Positions 41,801 through 55,925 of a stretch of 64,000 bases of DNA are shown piece after piece. Location of the stretch: NCBI GenBank assembly GCA_951406725.2, contig OX597821.1:62496001-62560000 (forward strand), given 5' to 3'. Numbering within the stretch: the first letter of the stretch is position 1; each line of letters starts with the position of its first letter. Source of the stretch: Octopus vulgaris. Taxonomy: Eukaryota. The position numbers and the translations under genes are program-made. The notes under the pieces are model-generated. The model made no database searches, was not told the origin of the DNA, and saw only the letters and a list, made by a program, of their open reading frames with translations.

Positions 41801-41921
41801 GCCACAGTGAATGTAATCTCATTTGATAAAAGACACGTAAACTGCATTCTAACCCATTGTTAGAATGTCTAAAAAGTATATGGTTGTACATTCCTGAGGA
41901 CATATATATGTATATATAATA

Positions 41922-42112
41922 AGGCGGCGAGCTGGCAGAAACGTTAGCACGCCGGGCGTCCAAATTCCGTCAATGTCGACTTTGCCTTACATCTTTTCGG
42001 GGTCGATAAATTAAGTACCAGTAATGAACTGGGGTAGATGTAATCGACTTAATCGGTTTGTCTGTCCATGTTTGTTCCTTCTGTGTTTATCCCCTTGTGA
42101 GTAGTAACGAAA
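41922..42112 (+). mobile_element. SINE family B with internal deletion
   Basis: aggcggcgagctggcagaaacgttagcac head; central gtcgactttgcctt.catcttttcggggtcgataaattaagtacc block, which from memory resembles the Meta/MESC-type SINE domain. Confidence 0.85.
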
Positions 42113-42135
42113 TATATATATGTAAACACACACAC

Positions 42136-42186
<51 letters not shown>

Positions 42187-42373
42187 CAAAAGGCAGCCCT
42201 ATAGCTTCGTGCCCTATCAGTTTTTCCCTACAACATTCTTCAGAATGCATATATTTTTAATTTTTAAAGACATTTAACAGAAACTCTAGTAACAAAACCA
42301 TGGCTAGAGAAGTGATTGGTCCCGAATATTTAACTAAATTTTAACTGCATAATCGCACTCTACAACAGTGAAA

Positions 42374-42712
42374 GTGCATGGCTCAGTGGTAGGAGCGTCG
42401 GGCTCATAGTCGTGAGGTAGTGAGTTCAGTACCTGAATCGGGCTGTTTGCTGTGTTCTTGGGTAAGTCATTTTATTTCAAGTTGCCCCAGTTCACTCAGC
42501 TCTAGAAGCGAATGGTGACGTCACTGGTTCCAAGATGTATTGGACGTTGTCTTTTATTGGACAACATCGGTGGCCTGGAAAAAGGAAGGCTGGTAAGGAT
42601 GAGGGACTACTTGTCTTCCATAAACGACCTTGCTCGGACTTGTGTCAAGGACAGGAATTTTCTAGCTGCAATTCCATGGTCATTCGTAAACGAAGGGAGT
42701 CTTTGCCCTTTA
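42374..42712 (+). mobile_element. SINE family C, diverged
   Basis: Homology along its length to 17413-17749. Confidence 0.85.
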
Positions 42713-43690
42713 CAACAATGAAAACCTTTCTCTGCTAGATTGCATTTTCTAAATATTAGAAAGTTTTAACATTGAAAGTGACTAGTGGTGTACCACATTA
42801 TTATTCCCCTGTCTTTCTATCTATTTATCGATCTATCTATCTATAATATGTATATATATATATATATATTATCGATATGGTAACTAATTTTAATTTCAAT
42901 ATTTGTTTTATTTTTTGAATATAATATATATTTTGAAATAAAGTGAAAAATTATTTCCAGTAATGCGTATACCATGTGATATATACTTTATGTATGTGTA
43001 TACGATCTATTTAGATATATTTTATAAATTGTTTCTTTCACCTACACTAAGACACAGCTTTCGTTTCACACACGCATTTGCATATTTATCCGCCATAACT
43101 ACTCTGTTGCTTACACCAGTATCAACTCCATCCTCTATCTCTTTGATCCTTCCCCTCTGTATCTCTCTTTTTTTCATACTTTCGCGATTCATGTCTCTAT
43201 ACGATGTAAAGCGTAAATAGAGAAATCATGCAAGCACCCAACTCCCCACCAACCAGCTAACCAGCCAACAAACCAATATTTTGGCTATTGTTGTATAGAA
43301 GTGATTGTTCAAATAAAATTCTATTAATTCCTTTGTAGTACAAGAAAACAGCAATAAGCACAATCGTATTGACTGTCTTAATTAGTACACTAGTACACTT
43401 CCGTTTCCTGCGGCTAAAGCTATGATTCTTGTATTAATTTACTAGCAATTACAGACAGACGCAAACGTTACTTGAATTTTACACATTTTCTTACATGATT
43501 ATAACTAAAAGTACCAACGTTCACTTCAGGCCTAATGATACCTAGATACAACAATCAGACGAGTATCATTCATTTCGATATCTCGTTTTAGCATTACAAA
43601 TAGAAATACTATGTTTTTTAAATGTCTCTACAATTAAGATTCTTTTTGGCAAAGTTCAAAAGGGAAATCCTAGATAATATATATATATTG

Positions 43691-43904
43691 TCAATAATAG
43701 TAAGGGTAAAATTAATTAATTAATTACTAATTAATAATTTTACCAAGCAGTGTTCAGTATGTAAAAGGACCATTTACGGTAAATTTAAACATTATTTTAT
43801 ATAATTAGGGTTCAGCAAAAATTGCTTTACCACACACCGAACTTTTAGAACTTTTAGGGTTAGGGTTAGGGTGTCTGGTAAAGTAAATTTTGCTGAACCC
43901 TAAT

Positions 43905-43910
<6 letters not shown>
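43691..43910 (-). mobile_element. Truncated fold-back PLE-like element with (TTAGGG)3 at the inversion junction
   Basis: 43691-43850 is homologous to the reverse complement of ~6950-7107; arms 43799-43838 and 43870-43910; telomeric hexamers at 43854-43871; flanked by (TA)n. Confidence 0.75.
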
Positions 43911-43992
<82 letters not shown>

Positions 43993-44274
43993 TAATATTC
44001 ATAACTACTTATAAACAATCATATATTCGTCTTTCTCATTATAATCAAAATACATGGATTTATCCGAGGTATTGCATTCAGTCGTGATGATATCTTTATT
44101 TCACTGACCATATTATTTTTCTGGCATAATTATCAGTAACTGTATACATTACGTAAGCTAATATGCATTAAATTATAATTTTCCGTTATGTGGATAGCAG
44201 TGAAATAAAGAAACATACAAACATCTTTATATATGCGTATATGCGTCTGTATTTATACATATTTTCATTTATAG

Positions 44275-44480
44275 TTTGCGTGTCTGTGTTTGTCCCCCAA
44301 CATCACTTGACAACCGATGCTGCTGTGTTGACGTCCCCATAACTTAGCGGCTCGGCAAAAGATACCGATAGAATAAGTACTATCCTTACAAAAGAATAAG
44401 TCCTGGGGTCGATTTGCTCGACTAAAGGCGGTGCTCCAGTATGACCGCCGTCAAATGACTGAAACAAGTAAAAGAGTAAA
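44275..44480 (+). mobile_element. SINE family A, 3' half
   Basis: High similarity to 37195-37397. Confidence 0.9.
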
Positions 44481-45140
44481 GAATATACATACGCGCTCAC
44501 ATACATATACACATTTTTGTGTGTATTTTTGAGCTATGCTTGAATGACAGACCTTGAGTGTATATGGAGAAATGTTATAATATTAACTCTGTGTGTGAAA
44601 TTTGCAAAAACTGCAAGATAAAAAGTTCCTATTTCAATGCAGTATTTTGAAGAGATGTTTCTTTTCAGATAGAATTTCACACATAACTGCTGTATTTAAC
44701 ACGGTAAAGTGTTAGGATTAATTTGAACTTAAAATCCACGACTTTATTATCTCACGTAATTGCTCACACCTGCAAAATTTAAATACTATATACAATGTGC
44801 GCATATAATGTGCGCATAAAAAAGAAACATGCTAGGAAAATAAAAATACACAACTACATTCTATGAAAATCCTATTTAATTTCACAACAAACTAAAATAG
44901 ATTTTCCAGGCGATAGTAAAATATTTTTAAAAGCTGTTTTGGAATATTAAGCTAATATGTTTAGTAAAAAGAACTTTGCCAACCCTTTTGATATACTATC
45001 TGCGTAGGAATAGTCGAATGAAGATATATACATAAAATAATAACCATTTAAAAGTGAAAACGATTATATGTATTTTAGGAAAATATATTAAATGTATAAA
45101 ATTTTATGTATACATGAATACACACACACATACACACACA

Positions 45141-45217
<77 letters not shown>

Positions 45218-48200
45218 GCATATATATATATATATACTTAGAAACACACATGAATAAACAAAAGCATAAATCGTACCTAGTATGTATACTTATATATGCA
45301 TACATATACAAAAGAACACAAGCGCGGATACATGTGTTGGTAGTGTTTAAACATTTCCAAATTTCAGCTTTGGACATATATCAATACTAATGTTTCCTGG
45401 GAATGTTTTATTCATAAAATATATCTTGAAAACGTTTTTACTGATGAATTCATTTTCCTTTACCACATATACTCTGCTATATTTCACTAGGGTTAACAAA
45501 TTAGAAACTTTTTTTTTGTTCAAAAAGCTACTAAACAGCGCTATAAACATTTCCGCTTTTTCTTAGTTTCTTTTGTTTTTTTTTACTTCATCTTGTACTG
45601 AGAAAAGAAAAGTGTGGCAGCAAATCTCAGAAATTAAAAGAAAAAAAAAAGCATAAAATATTTTTAGAAGCCTGGCTACTATATTTTCCACATGACTAAT
45701 TTCTTTTGAAACAATATTTTTACTAGTTGTCTTAGAGTGCCAATGAAAAGAAACAAAATTCTCACACCACAAATATTGTTTCTTTTTCGTTTTTATTTTT
45801 TCACTCAATTCAATTACACCAGCATCACACATGGAAGAATCTTACTCTTGGTATGAAGCCAGTCAGTTACGTTTACGTTATTGACATTGCTATTTTCTCT
45901 CTGCAGTTCAAATTCACAATATATTGGATATTGGATCAATGCAATAATCTTCTGCATTCGGTATTTGATAAGTGACGTAAATACTCCCGCCTACTAAAAT
46001 TATTGCCCATAACCAGCATAGAATATCAACATTATGTTAACCCTCAGGATATTCATTAAACCTGTTGCTATTTTCCAGTATACTTGTATCTTATTTGTCG
46101 AAAACTTCTTGACTTGAGATAAATATTTCTTCCTTATAAATATTTCGTCAAAAATGTGTATTGCGCATTAATTTAGTCATGAAACAAAAGTAAATATTGT
46201 TACAAATCACATGTATGGCAATTCTTATCAAGGTTCTTGTAATAACTGTAAGATTATTGATGTGTTTGTTGTTTATATATTCTATTTTAATGCATATTTT
46301 TACACAATGTCTGTTACCAACGTATATCAGTATACATTTAACTGAAATTGCTGTAAATCAGCCTCCTAATGGAAAATAATGTGCTTCTAACATTTCTAAC
46401 ATAACTCATAAACAAACACGGATTTAGATTTTCTTTCTAAATACCATGTCTACTAAAATATCATCGGTTTCTATAATGCTTTACACTACTCTTGAATACG
46501 AAGCAACAAAGCAAAACTATTTTTCATGAAATTCCCTGATCCCCACATACGTTTAATCAAAAACGATATCAATAAAAGCGTTGGACAGATTTTCTTTTTA
46601 GTCACACAGATAAAATACAGACATCGTCTTAAAATACAGCCTGTAGTATTTCTGGTCAGCTATCTAAGTGATGCAGAGTAGCATAAGCACCCATCTATAT
46701 CTTATGATATCCAGAATCTCTTACCACTATGATTCATTCTCATATCGTACATTATTAACTGTCTCATCTTAGAGGAAGTGAATATATACCAGTGAAATAT
46801 ATGTAACCTACTAGGGAGAGATATTCCCTATCTTTTAAGCAGCATCGTGCTTATTATAGCAGGAGCGAATTAGATATATAACTACGTAAAAGCTTTAAAA
46901 GCTGAAATCATCAAATCAAATTTGCATACCAGAAAGAAGAATGAATATCACACATATGTAACTAACCGTCGTAGTTAGTTAACATATATGCGTATGGATA
47001 TATGAGTTAAAGTAGGAAGGCATTGAATTACCTTCCCTGGGCCTTTCATCGTTGTGTGTAGTAAGTTAAGGTGTTCCTTACCTCCAGTCATTTGAAGATT
47101 CTATACAAATACGTGTCCGTTGACGCGGCATAACGAGTGAGTTGAGTGAATAAAATTTAGATATTTCACTTATTATTTTATGAAACTGATGGATGTCTCT
47201 CACATCACTTCCAGCCAATATATTTTTATATTTTCTACAACTCTAACTGCTTCTGATTATTAAGATGGATTAAATTTATATATTTACTGTTTTATGATAT
47301 AATTCAGAAAATATAAAACACCATATTTTTTTACAATCTGCTTCTCTATATGGTCGGAGTGAAACAGTAAGTAGGAATAGACGGAAGGGGAGTGGGAGAA
47401 AAAGGCATGTGGCACTGTGAACGACCGATATTTTGTTGTAAAGTATAAAATATTTTAATTGTTGGATAGTGATGAAGAAAAAATGCTAAAGTAAAATTCG
47501 TAAGCAGTTATTCTTTTAGGGAAAGCATTTTTTCGTCTCAATTTAAGGTAATCTGTGTTGTATTATCAAATATAAGTACCGTCTATAGTCTCACAGCTCG
47601 TAGTAAATTATCAAATGAAACAAACGTCACTCAAGTGTGTGGATAATGCATAATGCTTCGTACTATGAAAGATTTCATGAAACTAGAAAATAGAAGGAAC
47701 TAAGCCAGCAATGCGCAGGAAAGGAACGATTAGCTTAAGAAAAAAGAAATGTAAGTAGAAAGAGCGGCAAATTTGCCAAGAACTAAATTATAATTATTGG
47801 ACGGATGTCATATTTCTGATATTAACCATGGCGGCAAGAGTACCCGCCATATTATGGGTGGCAAGTTACCTGTTTACATGGTTGCAATGAATTATATATC
47901 AACTAGAAAACGGTTTACAACAATGGATTTTGGTACGTTTGCCAAGATATTTCATTTCTTGCCTGATATCTCGTATTTGTAAAATTAAATGTTTCTAAAT
48001 TAAAATTAAAATAAATACTGTTTGAAATAGTTTGTGTTTCTAAAAATAATTTTAGTTTATTTTGTTTGCCAAATTTCTATAATAAGAGAAATGATTAATT
48101 TCCATTTTTCTGTTTAATTTTAAAACAAACAGTGCTATGATAGATCTGATCTCCTTGGAAAAGCCATAACACCTAGAAAAGAGTGTAATTAAATTACTGA

Positions 48201-48662
48201 CGTAGAGATTATTATGGTAGTAAATGGCATAATAAACCATTCAATTGCATGGCGCACAAACGATAGACAGATGGAATTAAAATTCTTTTTATGCAACTGT
48301 TCGACGCACATACATAAATATACACGAATACACATACGGTATACACACGTACACATGTAACCATATAGGTGTGCGCGTGTTCGTGTGTGTCCTATGCATG
48401 GATGCACGTATGTGAGTATGAAATGCTTCATTTTTGACAATATCTGAATCTCTATTTGAATACTTATGCTCACATACAAGATTAAATTTTTATTTTTATT
48501 TGTTGGTGTGTAGACAATGGATATTAAAGCCATTTTAATTAAACATATGTTAATTAATATAGTACTAGATGCATAAATTGTGAGAAGTAATTATAACTAT
48601 AGTATTAATTTATCAAATATTTTTCTACAACTTTGTCCTAGATGAAAATTTGTGTGCTTATA

Positions 48663-48947
48663 TTGTTGTTTGTTCTTTCTCGAGCCACGCCTGGCTCATA
48701 AGGGCCAGTTTCCCGGTTCCCTTGGCGTATAGGTTCCCCACCCGGACGGGACGCCGGTCCGTCGCAGGTGAGTTGCAAGATGCAGGAGGAAAGAATGAGA
48801 GAACGTTGTGGCGAGAGAGTCAGCAGCAGTTCACCATTACCATCTGCCGGAACCACGTGGAGCTTAGGTATTTCCATCATAAACACACACACATCGCCTG
48901 GTCTGAGATTCGAACCCGCTGCTCTAACCAGTAGGCCATGTGCCTCC
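48663..48947 (-). mobile_element. SINE family D (tail type 2), with deletion in the tRNA head
   Basis: Minus strand reads ggaggcacatggcctactggttagagcagcgggttcgaatctc; tail ends aacaaacaacaa. Confidence 0.88.
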
Positions 48948-49177
48948 ACGAGTGTTTATATACTGACAGTTAAAAGGCATATTAACGTACTGTCATTTTG
49001 CCTTTTATTCAAATTTTTGAAGAGTCTGAAATGTGTGTGTGTGTGTATGAGAGAGTGTGTGGGTGTGTGAGTGTGTGTGTGTGTATAATCTTAATTTATT
49101 TTAAGCGAAAATATGTTTGTAATTTAAGAGTTATAAAAATATATGAACGGAAATTGTAAAAGCATAAACTCTTTTCT

Positions 49178-49548
49178 ACTCTAGGCACAAGGTCGGAAAT
49201 TTTGTGGGAGGGGGCCAGTGGATTAGATGGAGTCCCAATACACAACTGGTACTTAATTTATGGACCCCGAAAGGATAAAAGACAAAGTCGACCTCGGCAG
49301 AATTTGAACTCAGAACGTAAAGGGAGACGAAATACCCACAAGGGGCTAAATACATAGAGGACAAACAAGGACAGACAAACGGATTAAGTCCATTATATCG
49401 ACCCATTGCATAACTGGTACTTATTTTATCGACTCCGAAAGGATAAAAGGCAAAGTCGAGCTCTGCGGAATTTGAACTCAGAATGTAACGGCAGACGAAA
49501 CGCCACTAAGCATTTCGCCAGGTGTGCTAACGTTTCTGCCAGCTTGCT
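49178..49548 (-). mobile_element. SINE family B with tandemly duplicated central block (dimer-like)
   Basis: The block actggtactta.ttta..gac.ccgaaaggataaaag.caaagtcga...gaatttgaactcagaa occurs at about 49245-49320 and again at 49413-49490. Confidence 0.85.
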
Positions 49549-49800
49549 ACCATGGTAAAGCCTATATTGAACTAATCAAAATAATCTTCTATTTTTCTCT
49601 GTTAAAATTACTTTCAAATATGTGTTGTTATTAAATAATAGAATCGATTTTGAAATATGCAGGTTTATATTTGTGTCGTTATCTTTGATTCTTGGCATAG
49701 GTCTTCTGTGCCAGACATTAAGTTTTTATTGTGTATTAGTATAAATATTTTGAGTGGACATGTATAATGAGATGTTTATTATTCACATATCATGCACAAA

Positions 49801-49972
49801 GATGTAGGAGTGGGTGCGTGGTAAATAGCTTGCTTAGCAACCACATGGTTCCGGGTTCATTCCCGCTGCGTGGCATCTTGGGTAACTGTCTTCAACTATA
49901 GCCTCGGGCCGACCAAATCCTTGTGATTGGATTTGGTAGACGGAAACTGAAAAAAGCTCGTCGTATATATGT

Positions 49973-50026
<54 letters not shown>

Positions 50027-50240
50027 GTGTGTGTGTGTGTGTCTGTGTTTGTCCCCCAACATCGTTTGACAACCGATGTTGGTGCGTTGACGTCCCCGTA
50101 ACTTAACGATTCGGCAAAAGAGACCAATAGAATAAGTACTAGGCTTACAAAGAATAAGTCCTGGGGTCGATTTGCTCGACTAAAGGCGATGTTCCAGCAT
50201 GGCCACAGTCAAATGACTGAAACAAATAAGAGAGTAAATC
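49801..50240 (+). mobile_element. SINE family A, full length, with expanded internal microsatellite
   Basis: As for the other copies; internal (CA)n(TA)n(TG)n. Confidence 0.92.
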
Positions 50241-51814
50241 AGAGTAAAATAGTAAAGTGCTGAAAGGAAACTTAATGTTTGAATGCAATGCGTATATATA
50301 ATACAAATATTTGTGTCGTAAGTATGAGAACCACCGACGTAACAAACATTTGACATTCTACTAGCATTACACATCGAAGTTAATCCTCAATAATTCCCAT
50401 TCTACTAATGACGGAATATTTTGTCGACATTCTGATGTCCCACGTGTCAAAGACAAAAAGTTTCTTCTGGGATTAGCTCCACAACGGTAGGTCTTCTCAC
50501 GATCGCGTGCAGTCGAACGTGATTTTACACAAATATATTTCAGTCAACGATACTTCATGTGATTTTATGCATGTAAACATAAATATGTAGCAAGATATAT
50601 ATTCATGAGTTTTACCAAAATACTCACACATTATCTTGATCAGCTGGAATATAAAATGGAAAACCCCCAAGCCAACCAAACACGTCACTTACTGAAACCT
50701 GTCACAGAACCATGTATTTTGACCTTACTAATTTATCGTACTTATTCTTGACTATTGTACATTCTTATTGCAGGCAGCAAATTTTGTCCAAGAGTGTATA
50801 CATTAACTCTCTGCAAGATATCATTTTATTTTATTGTGAAATTAGCTGTAAAAAATTAGCGAATTTTACAAAGTAACACATTTATTTTATTTGAAATTTT
50901 GCTATCGTTAAATTGATCCATTTCACCTTAGAATTTATTTGATTTAGATAGTATTTAATTTCTAACGCTTCTTATTTTGTTGTATTTCACTTTTCTCTTG
51001 TTGACTGAGATGTTTATAATGATTCTGTTTGTTAAGTTTGCTTTTTATCAAATTTTGCGTTTTCTCTTGCAGAGCACACATCACATTATTTCTTCTGTTT
51101 TTAGAATAATATTTTTTCAGCAAATTATTCAAGGATTTAAAGAAAAAAAAAAGAAAAATAAAGAAACTAATAACAACAACACATATAATATCATAATATC
51201 AATAATAATAACAAGAACAATAAGAACAATGACAGCAACACCAGTAATAAGAATGAGAACTACAAAAACTACGATAAACACACTAACAACAGCAACGATA
51301 GTAATAGTGATGACAATCATAGAAAAAAATTAACAATGATGATGATGAAATGGAGGGGAAGAGTAGGGATGGAGAGAAGGAGGATGTTAATCAAAGTGAC
51401 ATTAATAGCAAAAACCACGTGATTGTTATGTTTCATCGCACGTTGCATCTGCAATATTTTATAATATCATAATACTTTTTTTTTGTTATTTTCATAATCC
51501 AACGTTCATTAGCACCCTTGCTAGTTTAGATTATTTAATAATTTCTATGATATGAAATGCGATGTTACTGCTCTATCACTTCCCACAACAGCAACATTTC
51601 TATCTCTATCATTATTTTCCCTACCTTATATGCATTATGGTGTAACAGAAAAGAGGAACCATTTATAAATTGCGGAACATTTTTAGTTATTTGTTGTTTT
51701 CTGTTGTTTTATAAATCCAAAATGTAATAATATAGTATGTTACTAAATTATAGTAAATTTTTGGTGAAATTATAAAATGGAATATGGTTTTAATTTGTTC
51801 GTAGGATGGGGTGT

Positions 51815-52108
51815 ACGAAGGTCACATTTACTCCGATCGACGGAACAAACTGCTCGTGAAATTGCAAATGGTGGGGCAATGCACAGGCACGCGTGCCCCT
51901 AAAGTAGTTCTCAGCGATATTCAGCGTGCCAGAGAGTTTGATAAGGCTGGCCCTTCGAAATATAATATCTACGTATTTTTGCCAACTGAGTGGACTGGAG
52001 CAACTTGAAATAAAATGTCTTGCCCAAGAACATAACGCACCCCAGGGAATCGAATTCATGACCTTACGACCGTGAGCGGAATACCCTAACCCCTAAGCAA
52101 TCCGCTCT
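51815..52108 (-). mobile_element. Old tRNA-SINE (same family as 20715-21005)
   Basis: Minus strand reads gcttaggggttagggtattc...gaattcgattccc...cttgggcaagacattttatttcaagttgctccagtcc. Confidence 0.8.
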
Positions 52109-52499
52109 CACATACATACATACATACATACATACATACATACATACATAGAAATGCAAGACTTTTCTAAAGTTCCAAATGTGAATTTGGGTTAACTACT
52201 TCCCGAAGATGGAGCATTGTATCGTTGTTGGAAACTGGCTCCCTCTTCAATGGCAGATTTACAATAATTAAAAAATACATACATACACACATACATACGT
52301 ACATACATACAGACAGACAGATCTGCGCGTATACATACATAAAGAATACAATGTTGCTGACGTTAAAATTTCAATAAAGGAGCCTGGGATCTAGCTTACA
52401 TACATAAAAGCATACATACATACATACATACATACATACATACATACATACATACATACATACATACATACATACATACATACATACATAAATACGTAC

Positions 52500-54255
52500 G
52501 TCGTGGTTGTTGTCGTCAGCGGTTTATCGTGTGTCCGATAATTTATTTGGCTTCTTCTTGACCGCTTCTTCACCTCTGTCAGTTTTTATGCATCTGATGA
52601 CTAAAGAGGCCGTGTCTTGCATGGAAGCGTCTACTGTAAAGTTCACAAGGGATCCGTGGTGGAAGCGTTAGTTGTTGCAGCTCTATTATCTTTCTTGTCA
52701 TTTCTATTCTTTCTTATGTCATTCAGCTTCAAAATGATCTGTCACAGTGGAGAGGCAAGGAATCTTCTTCCGGTGGATAGTACACCATATCAAATTTGAC
52801 AAGGTATCCTAGTCACTTTCTTTCTTGATACGAGGCCCGCCCCTCTCAGGCGATGTTTCAGGATGGTGGCCACAATGCTGCTGCTTTTCCTTCTCTCAAG
52901 AACATCGGTCACAGTCATTCCATTTACTATTCATGATAGAGTGAGGCTTCTGTTGGTGAAATCGGTCTAGGTTTTTGACGTCACTTCGGTAAAGAGTCCA
53001 GGTTTCACAACCGTAGTGGAGAGTGGAGATTACGACTTCTTGGTAGACACTCAATTTTGTTTGGTGATTTAGTTATTTGTTCTTCAAATCCATTTTCGCG
53101 AGTCCACCCCTCTTAACCGGTTCTCCACGTCCTTTGCCAATGTGCACTTGTTCGAAAGCCAACTTCCTAAGTATGAAAATTGTTGGACTTGAGTTCTGGA
53201 GTTTCTTGACTTAGAACGGGTTATGCGAGGTTTTTTGTCTTTTTGATATGGACATTTAAGTCAAACGGAGAGTAAGCAATAGTGAAGTTATTCACCGATT
53301 CATGAAGCTGTTCACTGGAGTAGCAGATCGCTCTAGCATACTAGAGTTCAATGACTTTAGGTTTCCTGGCCAGACTTGATTTCAATCTGGCACGATTGAA
53401 ACATCCCCATCATAGCGCTACCTAAGGGTTACTACTAGATCGTCCGAAAGCAGTTTATGAAACAATGCTTTAAGTTACAAGAAGAGCATCGGGGGTACAA
53501 CGCATCCATATTTTAATCCTCCAGTGATGAGGAATTCTTCAGACAGTTGGTTTTGATGGAAGATGGGTCCAGACATAACGTCATGTAATCGCTGTACTAG
53601 GAAAATGAGTTGATCGGAGCAAGCAAAACGTCAGGAGACTTCCCACATTGCCGGCCTTCGAACGGTATTAAAGGTCTTTTCGAGGTCGTAGAAAACAAAA
53701 TAGAGAGGTTTTCGTTATTCTCTACATTTGTTTTTGTATTTGTCAAGATCATGCCAGTTGTCGCTCTCGATGGTCAAAATGCACATTGTAAATCGCATAG
53801 GACTTCATTCCCGATGACTTGAATAAGATTCAAAAGGAGCCTTGCAAAGATTTCCCTCTGCAGTGGAGAGCGGTGAGACGCCAAGATAGTTCCCACAGAT
53901 CTGTCTATCTCCTTTTTTGAAGATGGTGATGATAACAGCATATTTGAGGTCTTTGGGAACATGGCGGTTCTTTCACATTCGGAGAATCAATATGAACATA
54001 CTGGCGTTTAGTAGTAGTCCACCATGTTTTAGAAGTTGCACTAGGATTTTATCTGGGCTAGGGGACTCCTGTTGCTTCATGTGGTTGAGGGTAATCTGGT
54101 ACTCTTCGGTGGCGTGTTCATCGAATGTCGAGTTGAGTGTATGGGTACGTATTCAAGAGGTCTTCCGCCATGTTGGAATCTTGGTCCAGAAGAGTCGAGA
54201 AGTGCTCTCTTCAACGTTGGAGGTTATATTGTAGGTCAAACAGGATGATGTTGGA
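52500..54255 (-). mobile_element. Decayed, 5'-truncated RTE-clade LINE (reverse transcriptase region to 3' end)
   Basis: Minus-strand peptides in the expected order: CGNYLGVSPLS, VFYDLEKTFNTV, GLKYGCVVPPML, FSYLGSWLS, TKLSVY..VVISTLHYGCETWTLY; many stops and frameshifts. Confidence 0.88.
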
Positions 54256-55789
54256 GACTACTGATTGAATTAACAGAATCCAACATCATCCTGACTGAAC
54301 CACAAGATGTAAATATACACATACATAAAAATACATACACACACACCTACATATATATGTGTGTGTCCATGTTTATGCATAAATTTGTATGTAGGAATGT
54401 GTTTGTATATGTACGTGATTATGAAAGAGAAATATTATCTGCTACAATCATCACTTCTATTATTGGAAGGCGGCAGAATTGTTTGCGGTCACTGAGATCA
54501 ACTTTGCAATTCATCCATTCAAAGTTCATAATTCAATGTACGTGCTAGTCAATGCCTCGGCTGGATTCAGTCACTTGTGTATTCCTGGCGTTTTGTTAAG
54601 AATAATTATGAGACCTATGGCTGAAGATGTTACTTGGTTTTGAACCCTAAACTTTTGACTTCCAAATTTAACACCCCACCAAAACTTTTAGACCTTATCT
54701 CTACGATACGCGAATATTTATACCCTGGGTACATTTAATGGGGCTGATTCTTGACGAAGAGAAATTTTAAATTTTGAAGTTCTTCATAGTGATATTTGCT
54801 TAACTGTTATGATATTTTCAGTCCTGGTAATTGTATAATTTACTCAATGATGTGCTAACTGAAATGAGAATCGTGATAATCATGTTTCATTCTCTCATAA
54901 TGTATGCACGCCTTTAAACCGCATTTGTTTTGGAGATGGATTTTACATTACCGATTTATTTGATTACCGTGTGTATCATACCTGAGGTCTACCCCAATAC
55001 TTTGACAGATTGACAAGATTTCATTTGGGTAATACTTTTGTTATCGCTGTTAACACGTTGGTTACGAAACTAATTACTCCTATCTGCGTAACATATCACG
55101 TTTTTTGGCGTCCAACACACAATTCCTGTTTTTAAGGTCATCGTAATTCTAGAGATTATATAACCTTTGCATTTGTATGTCTTTGATCTGTGACTGTTCT
55201 CAATCAATCAATTTGCATATCCTGATATCTTCATCCCTCTTGAGTGCTGATTTTATTTTTAGGGTGTTTCCATTCAATGATTCTCTATTAAATCTTTCGT
55301 ATTATCTCTTATAAAACATGTTTGAAATTGTATTTGCGGCGCTCTTTAGTTCTTGAATTCAGCCTTGCTTTCCATCATATTTCAGTCAATGCTGATTGCG
55401 TAAAGAGATCTGTGGAAATTTAAGAACTGGCATTGTCATACTCCTTTTCAATCGTAGTTGATTCAGATTTATATGATCGGATATGACCTCCTTATCTTTT
55501 TCAAATGGGTAGTGTTGTTTTTAAAACATATTAATAACAGTTATTTATAATAGATCCATCAACCACGTTGACCATCACTTGAGATTATGGCTCAAGTACA
55601 ATCGATATGTTGGATTCAATACGGTTCCGAAGCAGTCAAAATTGGATTATACTCAACATTGTTTTATACTTTTTTGTTTGTTTATTAGTCACTTTTTTCC
55701 TGCTTGCGTCATTTTTTAACAAGTACAACAACGAGCGTACTACGCATGCCAGACTCCAGGAGCTCCAACAAAACCTGTGCTAAAGAGAT

Positions 55790-55925
55790 AATAATGATAA
55801 TAATAATGATAATGATGATGATGATGGTGGTGGTGGTGGTGGTGGTGGTGTTGGTGATTATGATGATGATGATGATGATGATAATGATGATGATGATGAT
55901 AATAATAATAATAATAATGATAATG
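55790..55925. repeat. (TAA)/(TGA)/(TGG) compound microsatellite
   Basis: Directly visible. Confidence 0.95.

Noticed and set aside
45560-46140. Coding-like minus-strand text (LWAIILVGGSIYVTYQI..), vaguely like DEG/ENaC TM1
   Set aside because: Stops are present, the HG motif is absent, and similarity is too weak to call without a profile search.
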